Assembly (NCBI GenBank): GCA_010015585.1 | Contig: ML975167.1 | DNA: 64,000 bases | Direction: 5' to 3' (one strand) | Source: Eremomyces bilateralis CBS 781.70 | Taxonomy: Eukaryota | In this document: piece by piece, positions 37,625-47,161 of the stretch | How positions within the stretch are numbered: the first letter of the stretch is position 1 | How the letters are laid out: every line of letters starts with the position of its first letter | Notes under the pieces: model-generated | The model's input: only the letters and a program-made list of their open reading frames with translations | Databases searched by the model: none | Told to the model about the DNA's origin: nothing | Made by a program: the position numbers and the translations under genes

Positions 37625-39538
37625 TCCGTGCCCCATGACCCCCCCACAACCTCCGGTTGTTGTGCTCCCACACCAAAAGTCAAACCCACGCCAAAAGTCC
37701 AATTTTACCATCATCTTCAAATCTATACACCAAACATGTCTAAACGCGTCAAATATTCAGAGGAGACTATACTCTACAGAAAGCACTCAAGAAGGCTACA
37801 GAGCAAAAAAAAGCAGGAAAATCGGTTAACGTTTCAGCGTTAGCGCGTGAGTTCCAAATCAGCCGGCCTGTCCTTCGAGGCCGCCTTGAAGGAAAAACAT
37901 CCTATACCAAACGTTCTTCGTTCGTACAAGCGACTAAACTCGGTCAGCTACAAGAAAAGGCTCTCCTAGCTTGGATCCATCAGCTTGATGAGTGGGGAGC
38001 GCCTCCTACGCCTACAGAAATCGAAGCGTGCGCCAACTCTATACTCCGAAGAAACGCCCTCGATACAACGCAGCCACCTCACGTTAGTAAGAACTGGAAA
38101 TATAAATTTATCAAGCGCCACACCCTTTCGCTTATCGACCAAAAACCAGTCAAAGACGACCGCCTACGCGCTGAGGATCTTGGACATATACAGTATTGGT
38201 TTCAACTCCTTCAGGAGCAGATTCAAGAGCATGGAATTGAGGCCCGGAATATATATAATTTCGACGAAAGTGGCTTCCGCCTTGGTGAAGGGAAGCGCCA
38301 AAAAGTAGTCAGTTTCCGACCGGGGGCAAAACGAGGCAGTCCTAGTACAGAGTCAGGCGAATCGGTTACGGATATCGAGTGTATCGCTGCTGATGGTTTC
38401 GTTCTCCCGCCGTACTTTATCCTAAAGGGCGAGAACCATCTTGAACGATGGTACGAAAACCGGATTCCAGACGATTACCGTATCAATATCTCTAAGACTG
38501 GATGGTCAAACGACCTCATTGCCTTCGATTGGATCCAGCATTTCCATCGGTATACAAGTCACAGAGCTAAGAAGGGGAAACGACTCCTTCTAATGGATAA
38601 CCATACTTCGCATCTTACCTATGAGTTTATTCAATTCTGCGAAAAAGTTGATATTATTCTTGTCCCATTTCCTCCGCATACGACCCATTTCCTTCAGCCG
38701 CTTGATGGGAAGCCGTTTCTTGCGTTAAAACACTACTTCCGGCAGACAAATACGAAGATTTCACGGTGGGGATTCGACGCGGCGGAAAAGGCCTCATTCC
38801 TTACAGAAATGCCCCAGATCCGCCAAAACGCCTTCAAATCGCGTACGATTCGACACGCTTTTAAAGAGAGGGGCCTTTGGCCATGCGATCCTGAGCAGAT
38901 TTTGCCAACCCTTCGGCAACAGGTTGACCAAGAGGCAGAGGAGCTTCACATATTCAATGGCTCGCCTCCACCGTCAAGTATTACGGCAACACCGTGCGTA
39001 TCTCCACCAAATACTATTCGTACGGTACGCCGGAAACAACAGAAGATCATAAATACGCCTGAGGCCCTACTTTCTAGCCGGAAATACCAACGTCGCGTTC
39101 GCCAAGCTACAAACTCATTGATCAAGGCGGTCGAAGAGATCGAGGCGTATAAGGGGTCCGTTTCAGCCACACAACGCCAGCAAACCAAAAAGAGTCGCCG
39201 CCAGGTTAAAACAGGACTTCGCCAGACCGGTGCTTCGTACGTTAGTGAGGCGAAACGCCATATCGAGGCGCGTGGTCAGAAGGAGCGGGAGGCGGTAATT
39301 AGGAAGGCACAGCGGGACTGGCGGCAGGAAAAACAACAGGAAAGTCAGCAGGAACCATCTCCTGCACTCGGTCAACCTACTAGTACGGAGGATCTCGGTT
39401 TTTTTATCGATTTACATCCTGAGTTCTGATATATAGATGATGGTAGTGAAATTGGACTTTTGGCGTGGGTTTGACTTTTGGTGTGGGAGCACCAACAACC
39501 GGAGGTTGTGCCGTTGTGGGGCGGTCATGGGGCACGGA
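37625..39538 (+). mobile_element. Full-length pogo/Fot1-type (Tc1/mariner superfamily) DNA transposon
   Basis: Imperfect TIRs of ~90-100 bp starting TCCGTGCCCCATGACC (left from 37625, right ending GGCACGGA at 39538), with TA target duplication at 37623-24 and 39539-40. Encodes a DDE transposase. Confidence 0.95.
37736..39429 (+). pseudogene. pogo/Fot1 transposase (HTH-CENPB + DDE_1), frameshifted near the 5' end
   Basis: The ATG at 37736 is out of frame with a stop-free frame running 37774-39429. That frame contains EKALLAWI...WGAPPT, YNFDESGF, LLLMDNHTSH and PPHTTHFLQPLD. Confidence 0.9.
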
Positions 39539-39960
39539 TAATCATTACCCCCGCGAAATGCGACACGACCCTGTTCGGGCATCGCCATTGGCGTCTGCTT
39601 CACGCTGACGGACCCTAGACTACCGTTGCAACCGTGTCCGTAGTAGGGCCCAATCATTGACCAATAAATAATAATGAATAAAAACCGCTTTTTCTGCAGA
39701 CGCACGACGCGGGGAGAAAAACACATCACGTCATTCCCCCACGTCGTCTGCACCGTGCGACCCTTGCAAGCCATGCAGCCATCAAGCAATTAGGCGTCCC
39801 TTGCCACCAGCCCTGTCGTGGATGCTCGTTCTTCGATTATCAGGTGTCTCGTGTCTAGAATTGAATGCAGATTTGAGCTCGCTTCGGCGGTATACTCAGT
39901 TCCTTGTTTCTTCCTAATTGGCGTGAGAGGTCAGAGGATATCGATGCGTAGTTCGCGTCC

Positions 39961-40107
39961 AGCCCCACTGTAACCACTGACAGCCCCACTGTGACCACTG
40001 ACCTCACTACTATTATACATCGTATGCGAATAAGGCGACATCGCATGTGAATATGGTGACAACGCCTAAAGAGCTCAAATGGATACCTCAAATGGATACC
40101 TCAAATG
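39961..40107. repeat. Two short tandem duplications (21-bp AGCCCCACTGTRACCACTGAC x2; 13-bp CTCAAATGGATAC x~2.6)
   Basis: Read directly at ~39961-40002 and ~40074-40107. Confidence 0.8.
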
Positions 40108-40404
40108 CTTGGTGGTAGTGCTCCGAGCAGACATGTTCCTGCTAGCTCGACACTCCGCCATTGTCTAGGCCCCGTCGACCTACTTTGTATAAAATATGTA
40201 TTCTGTGGTGGCGCTAAGCCAATATGAGTCCAGCTAATATTGTCCACCGCTGGGCCTCCCCAGAGAACATCACCAGCAAAGGGCGTTGTTCAGGTGGAGC
40301 CCGCAATAGCGCCGAATTGATCACTCCTGGGTCCTGACGATTCAGCAAGCCAAGTGACCCCAGCTCAAAGCTCTTTGTCGACCATCTCTTCCCTACGAGA
40401 TATA

Positions 40405-40831
40405 ATAATAATAAGAATCAATTTAACGTACTATCTGGATCCCTTTCGGGTCTATGAGCACGGCATTCTATCTGGTCTGCCGCGGGCAAAAGTTTCCCCG
40501 TAGCCCTGAGGCTGCGGGTACATAAAATCCCGCCTCCTCCCTTTAGTAGACTATCTCAACCGTTTATCATCTATCCGTACGAGTCGGTGTTTCCGCCTAC
40601 GCGGAGAACTTATTCTGGCACGTCGTGGAGGAACTGGAACGGTTTCCAGTCCTCTATTACCTCCTCCTCAACTTCCTTGGCCACCCGGTATTGCTCTAGG
40701 CCTCCCGCATCGATCAGCCACCTTGCTGCGTGACGCACCTTGTCCCTGTCATGCAATATCCTCTTAAAGTCCGTTGTTCCAGCTCGTTGGAGGAGCGCGA
40801 TCCTCTGGTCGGTCCGCTGCGGGCAAAATGC
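40405..40831 (-). mobile_element. 5'-truncated Tad1-like LINE (ORF2 C-terminus + 3' UTR + (TAT)n tail)
   Basis: Flanked by the exact 15-bp direct repeat TCCCTACGAGATATA (40390-40404 and 40832-40846). The minus strand encodes FCPQRTDQRIALLQRAGTTDFKRIL...AARWLIDAGGLEQYRVA...*, like the post-CCHC end of fungal LINE ORF2, and ends in TTATTATTAT. Confidence 0.88.
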
Positions 40832-41581
40832 TCCCTACGAGATATAGGGAAATGACTTCAGAGATATACGAATAATGAAAATATTTATTCGTACGAATAT
40901 TAATAAGCGGAAATTCTAAATTTAACTATTCGTATTCAACTACGAATGTTCGAGTCCACCCCTAATAGATATCAAATCACAACTAAAGCTGGTCGAAAGT
41001 AACTTTTCTGAGTTGAATGCAAGGCCAAAAGAGTGAGGTCCTTGCTTACTTAAATACATGAGGTCCTCCTCCTGGGAGCACTTGGAGAGAGAGATTCCTG
41101 TCCTTGTTAGGCCTCTAATTAGTTGAGGCCCATGTGGGGGCGATTATAATGTGTGCAACCGTCTTAGAGTGACACAGTCTGGATGCGCAAGGTCTGCGAT
41201 TACCAAGTTCCATTAATCTAAACTGAAGAGAGAGAAGGAAGAAATCTCCTAGCGCCTCTGCGCGCGAGATATCGACTCTTCTCTCTGCTATCCTAACACA
41301 GCTCCTTAACACAGCTCCGTCCTAACACACAGCTCCTACATGACTATCTCCTTGATGCCATCCACTAGCCACATCCCTGTGGCGTCAGCCATACTCAAGG
41401 GCCCAGGCCACAGGCCTAGGACCATAACATAGAGTCCTATTACCATCCGGCCCATCCTGTGACAGGGGCTCCCAGTGTCTCCTGCTGTGCTTGGCAGAGT
41501 CCTTTTGGGAGGGCCCATTTTGGCAGGGTCTCATTTATTAGGTGTCTCAAAACCCTATAAGTTAACAAATGTTGCAATGCA

Positions 41582-41710
41582 TTTACTCCCACTGAAGACG
41601 CAAAACCTAAAACTTGTGGAGACCGGCATAATGTGGAAAGAAATTCCAGATTAGCTACTAGGAAGAAGTGAGCAAGGCTGCATTGGGCGATATAAAAAGA
41701 GACTAAGAAA
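41582..41710 (+). pseudogene. Degenerate Myb/SANT-like DNA-binding domain fragment
   Basis: FTPTEDAK[frameshift]LKLVETGIMWKEIPD*LLGRSEQGCIGRYKKRLR fits the Myb pattern (W/F)T.EED..L......WKEI...L.GRS...C..RY. Confidence 0.6.
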
Positions 41711-41788
41711 AGAGAGCTCTATATAATTCAACTACAACAGAAATTATGAGGATATAGGAGAACAAGATTACTGAGCGAAATCCAGGCC

Positions 41789-43502
41789 CTATAAGTTCCT
41801 AAAATTGTGAACTGTATGATATTTTGGCCTAATAATGGTTCGCGAGATGTCATCGGCAAGCAAACTAGCTCTCCGCACGCCCATGACGGAGCCAATGTGA
41901 CGGAGGACTTCCGTTGCCCAGGATCTCTCGTTATAAAGGTTTAGAGGTTCTTGGGCGACCACGAGCAGTGGCCATATGAGGGTGGTGGAACCTATATGAA
42001 TATATTAATGAATAGTGAAGAATAAAACGGAACGACCAAGAGAGCTTACGAGGTTTTCCCAGGAAGTTAGGAGCAGAAATGCAAATCTCGACAGACAATT
42101 CTTGGATAAGTGATAGTAAAAAGTATTCCTGGGAACGACTAGCCGTATCGTAAGGAGGCTGATGGTCAAAGATGATTCTATTGACAAGTATCCGCTGGGT
42201 TCGCCAGTTATTCCAGACCTGGGCAATATAAGGACTGCTGTAGACGTGTTGTTTGCCTCCAAAATATGACCCGGCAGGAATATCATGAGCATCCACAGTA
42301 GCATACGCCCAAACGGGAGGAAGGCTTGCCCTCCAGCTTTTAAGGTCGTTGTCCATTTGTATTGCTACATCGAGTATGGCGTCGTGGTCTGTCATATCAC
42401 CATTCTTGATCGCTGCCCGGAGATCGAGCAGTCGGTACGATATATCTATCATTTGGCCCGGCTTAACCGTCATGCGGGGTTTGCCCCTGATGCTGCCTCG
42501 AAAATCTTGGTGTAGCTCGCGTAAAGCTTGCGGAGGGGCGAGGTCTTGCTGCAAACAGGCATATAGCTGTGATTATGTTAGCCTGCATATATCGGAGACT
42601 TGAAAATGGTCTTACAAGTTGGGACCGAAATTGCGCAAACAGTTGCTCCCCACGCTCATGGTTGAATTGTTCTTGGCCGCGGAGTTGAAGCAGTGCCGTT
42701 GCACCATCGAGGTGAGCAGACCAGGAGTGATAGAGATCCCAATCCTCAAAGGTAATGAACTTGTAACGTGTGAGCAATGGCTTGCTAGATCTAGAAGCTA
42801 AGCGTTACCTCGAAAATTCCCAAATTGATCACCGTGACTAATGTCGCATCCGAGACAGATTCGTGTGGATTGTTCAAGGCTTGCTTTGTAGCAGCTAAAG
42901 CCTCAACGTATCTTTCTTTAGCTTTGGAAGCAATCTCCGGGGCATAATTTACGTTGGATATTCCTGCCATGCCAGTGGCCTCGATGACTGCCCGGAACGC
43001 ATAATTTGGCTGATTTTGGTTGTACATCTTGGCAAGCCAGCTGAAAAAGTCCGAAGATAAAGGAGGCTCATCACAGGTGTATTTGGCAAAGAAGAAGTTT
43101 GCGGCCATTTCAATAATGGGCAGGGGAAGAACTCGGGGTACTCTAGGAGAGTCGGCAGTTGTTGCGCCATCCGAGCCATTGGACTGTAATTGGACAGTTG
43201 GGACGGCATTGTGCACTATAAGTGGTGCTCGCTGTTCTAATGGGGCATTATCATCATAAGTCTTGCGAACTCTCTTGATGATCCTTAAAGATTCGTCCCT
43301 GAACATGACATCGTTTAGGTTCCGGAACCCTGGACACGGCGTCTTTGCTTTCTCGCATTTCAAGCATCCGGGCCTGCGTTGGTCACACTGCGAGCACAGA
43401 TTAGACAAGCCCCATAGATTGCTTGGGCCGAAAAACACATGCCTTGATCTTGCGCTGGCGACAGCGCTGGCAACCTTTGCTCAGGGCGCCATAATAGACC
43501 AT
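41789..43502 (-). CDS. Zn(II)2Cys6 fungal transcription factor
   Basis: MVYYGALSKGCQRCRQRKIK / CDQRRPGCLKCEKAKTPCPGF joined by GC-AG intron 43388-43442. Later exons give DATLVTVINLGIFE, WSAHLDGATALLQLRG, QVWNNWRTQRI and LIWPLLV. Confidence 0.9.
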
Positions 43503-43909
43503 GCCGATGGAGTAGCTAGCAAGTAGTTTATACACCCTTCCACTAGCGGTTCCTTAGACACTCTCCTCGATGATACCTGCTTAGATCAAGGATTCAGCGA
43601 TCGAGAGCAGCGAGACCAGAAAATAGCGGTGTCAAGCCAAAGGAAGTACCGTAGCGAAGGGGATACTTTAGCAGAGCAACGCCGTCAACGTTCGCGCTCG
43701 TGGCCTGTTTTGGGACTAGCGTCATCTGGCATGACTCCTCTGCCGGAAGGTTAAATACCTTCGTAGTCCATCATTTCTGTAGTTAAAAGATCTAATTCTA
43801 TGGTAAACTACTTCCTATCCTTCTCTCTCCCTTTTCTCAACTACACCTTTTATCCCATTCTAACCACATCTAATTCTCACGTGACGCCGCCCGTCCGCAC
43901 CCGACGACG

Positions 43910-44848
43910 ATGGCCGCTGTCGCCCCCGCGGAAAAAACGTTCCGCTCCTTCACACCTGCGGAAGCCTCCGCCTACGCCCAGTACCGGATGGACTATCACC
44001 CAACCTTATACAACACCATCCTCGCGCGTCACACCTCCACCGGTGGGCAGCTCAGGACGATTCTAGATGTCGGCTGCGGGCCCGGCACTGCCGTACGTAT
44101 GCTGGCTACCCGCTTCCAGCAAGCCACGGGGCTGGACCCATCTGAGGGTATGATCGCGGGCGCAACCAAGATCGGGGGGACGACGGGATCTGGCGCGGAC
44201 ATCACGTTCGTAGTGGGCAGCGCTGAGGAGTTGCCCGAAGTGCGGGATGCCAGTGTCGACCTGCTTACGGCAGCGACAGCAGCGCATTGGTTCGACATGC
44301 CTGCATTCTGGGCGCGCGCGGCACAGGTCCTCAAGCCGGGGGGTAGCGTGGCGCTGTGGACGAGCGGGGACACGGCAATCGATGATTCCGTACCCAACGC
44401 GGCGGCGATGCAGGCGGCCCTGGATGCGCTTCGGGTGGAACATCTGGAGCCGTACATGCTACGGGGGAACTGGCTTGTCCAGGACCTATATGCAGATCTT
44501 CCGCTGCCGTGGGGAGTGGAGCCGGCTGTTGCGGGGTTTCATGAGGAGTCGTTTCTTCGCCAGGAGTGGGGAACCGGTGCGGAGGGTGCATTACCCAGGG
44601 ATGAGTTTTTTGCAATTGGCGCGCCTGAGGTGGATATGCATACACTGGAGGCGGTGCTAGGAACTGCGAGTCCAGTTGCGAGGTGGAGGGAGGCGAATAA
44701 AGACAAGGTCGACACAGAGAGGGATGTCGTGAGGAAGATGAGGAGGGAGGTTGAGCGGTTGTTGCATGAAGGCGGCATTGAGAAGGGCAAAGAGTTTATC
44801 AAAGGAGGATCTTCCGGCGTACTGTTATTTGTGAAGAAGGTGGCCTGA
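43910..44848 (+). CDS. Class I SAM-dependent methyltransferase (Tmt1/Crg1-like)
   Basis: YAQYRMDY, motif I ILDVGCGPG, GLDPSEGMI, SVDLLTAATAAHWFD and VLKPGGSVALW in an intact 312-aa ORF. Confidence 0.9.
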   Translation: MAAVAPAEKTFRSFTPAEASAYAQYRMDYHPTLYNTILARHTSTGGQLRTILDVGCGPGTAVRMLATRFQQATGLDPSEGMIAGATKIGGTTGSGADITFVVGSAEELPEVRDASVDLLTAATAAHWFDMPAFWARAAQVLKPGGSVALWTSGDTAIDDSVPNAAAMQAALDALRVEHLEPYMLRGNWLVQDLYADLPLPWGVEPAVAGFHEESFLRQEWGTGAEGALPRDEFFAIGAPEVDMHTLEAVLGTASPVARWREANKDKVDTERDVVRKMRREVERLLHEGGIEKGKEFIKGGSSGVLLFVKKVA

Positions 44849-45679
44849 TTGTGTAAAGGAGAACGCATTCGGGGATAGAATAGTAGGACTCTTGAAAGAA
44901 ACGATTTGTTCTGTGGTAGTATCTCGCGGACAAACATTATATTCGCATGTGATGGTCCTGAAGAGCATCTCTGTAAGATATAAATACCTGATGCGAGCAT
45001 GGAGCTGATATGGCTAGCTAAATCAAGTATTCCAACCGCGTGACTCAAAACACCACCGAGCAGAATGTTGACAAGACAGGACATGACATAAACACTAATG
45101 CATAATCTACCTTGAATCCTTCTGGGCCCAAGTATGTGGAAATTGAGCGAGCAAAGATAAGGAGACCTCATTCGCAGCAGACAGGAGCTGAGAAAACATC
45201 AAGCTAGAATACCTACCGTAAGGCATACAATTCGGTTCTCTGCTACCTTGGCCCCTGTTGTGGCTTGTCGCATTACGCGTGGGTGATTATTAGTTAAGAG
45301 AGCAGGTTCGCTGCTTAAGCACGCATGTGGTGAGCTAGCGTAATACAAATGGTGTGCCTCTTGCGATTCGTAAGGGAATATCAGATTCTGTATTGTTGCG
45401 CACTGCGGTTATGACGAGATTGATCCTTAAGGAATTAGAGAGAGAGAGATTCATACGCCCGTTATCCATATGTCACAGAATATCTGTGTTTCTTGGCGTT
45501 TCCGCACGGCTTCATTCCATATTCGATTCTATCCCTATTCTTTCCCTCTTCAGGGAATAGATCACCATTGTAAACCATATCCCCTTGGCCGTCGCAGTGC
45601 ACAAACGACCGGGATCTGACTGGGATTTGACCCTCGACCAACTGATTCCCTCTGCAAAAGTTGGCTACAGCTCAAAAAC

Positions 45680-47043
45680 TATGCCAACGCCTTACACCGG
45701 AGTAAGAGACCTTTCTAGTCGATTGGATACTCGAGAATAACGCCCAGGGACTTCCTCCTTCCCACGCACGGGTACGTGAAATGGCCTCTCGAGTCTTCCG
45801 TCTCCAAGGCGACTCTCCACCCTTGGGAAGAACTGGGTGCCGCGCTTTCTACACCGCAATCCACGCGTTGCAACATGTGTAGGACGTAGTCTTGATGTTA
45901 CTAGACGTCAGGCTACAACGCAAGGTGCAGTTGACGGATTCTATGCGTATTTCCAGCAAGTCCAACAAAAGTACGATATCCACCTCTCTGATACCTGGAA
46001 TATAGATGAGGTCGGTGTAGGACTCGGTATATGCGCTAATTCTACAGTTATCACAGACTCGCAGAAGTCAACAGCCTATATCACTAGTCCTGTAGACGGC
46101 GAATGGATTAGTATCATCGAAACCGTCTCTAAGACCGGGCAGTCTCTCCGACCTACCATTATCCAGAAAGGCATGTCAATCCAGGCCTCCTGGTTCCCGG
46201 ATGCCCCTCCAGACTTCCATTATACAGTCTCCGAGAACGGCTGGACCTCAAATCAACTCGCATTAATCTTGCTTCGTACAGTATTCCTACCTGAAACCGC
46301 CGTTCAAGGGCGATACCGGATTCTCCTACTCGATGGACACGGAAGCCACGCAACGGTCGATTCTCTTTACGAATGCAGGATCAACGATGTTATTGCGGTC
46401 TTCCTACCTGCGCATACCTCGCATATCCTACAGCCCCTCGATCTCGCCTGTTTTTCGCCTCTGAAACGCTTCTACAAGAGCCTTATCCGCTAGAACGCAC
46501 AAGATTCATTGTCCTATACGCAGAGGCGCGCCGGAAACGCCTGACCGTCCGGACAATCAGGTCAGGGTGGAAGGCTGCAGGTCTAATGACGTGGGACCGT
46601 CAAAGGGCCTAAATAACCGCTTCGTTGCTCCGCCTGCGCCTGCTGAAAATCCACCCTCAAACGAACCATCAAGAACGCCTCCACAGACCCCAAGATCAGT
46701 CCATCCAGTTCTCCAGACCACGCCGTACAAGCCAAAACAGGTTCAGACTGCATTACGTGTCCTTAGCAGGAATATACGCGTCACAGAGACGACGAGGGCG
46801 TATATTAAGAAGGCAGGCAAGGCGATCGGAGTGCTACAGACGCGTCAGGCCGCATCAGATCTCAAAATGGAAACGCAAGAAGAAGGTACGGGGAGTTCTA
46901 AACCAACTGTTTGCACAGGTTCGAGAGATCAAGATCGCATAGAGGTAGTAAGGGGTCTGAAGGAAGACTACCAAAGGAGGCATCCCGTTTCAGAGGCCCA
47001 ATCAACGTCAGAGACTCTTCAAACGATGTCTTTCGAATCCTAG
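45680..47043 (+). pseudogene. Degenerate pogo/Fot1 transposase (second, divergent family)
   Basis: PPSHARVREMASRVF, WVPRFLHRNP, WNIDEVG, ENGWTSN, LLLDGHGSH and LPAHTSHILQPLD, with stops and frameshifts after 46491. TIRs not identified. Confidence 0.85.
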
Positions 47044-47161
47044 AAAAACATTCTACATAGTACTGTGTAACGACAATCGTCTACACTCTCTTAACTCGGG
47101 ACTTTGTAAAGCATTAGAATCGGTAGGTCTGTTATCGAGCATAGCTATACGATAGAATCAA

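Noticed and set aside
40430..40610. Self-cleaving ribozyme in the LINE 3' UTR
   Set aside because: Hairpins are present, but no hammerhead CTGANGA/GAAA core or HDV-like topology was seen.
45350..45590. Possible solo LTR upstream of the second pogo remnant
   Set aside because: Could not identify TG...CA ends with a matching TSD, or a second copy.
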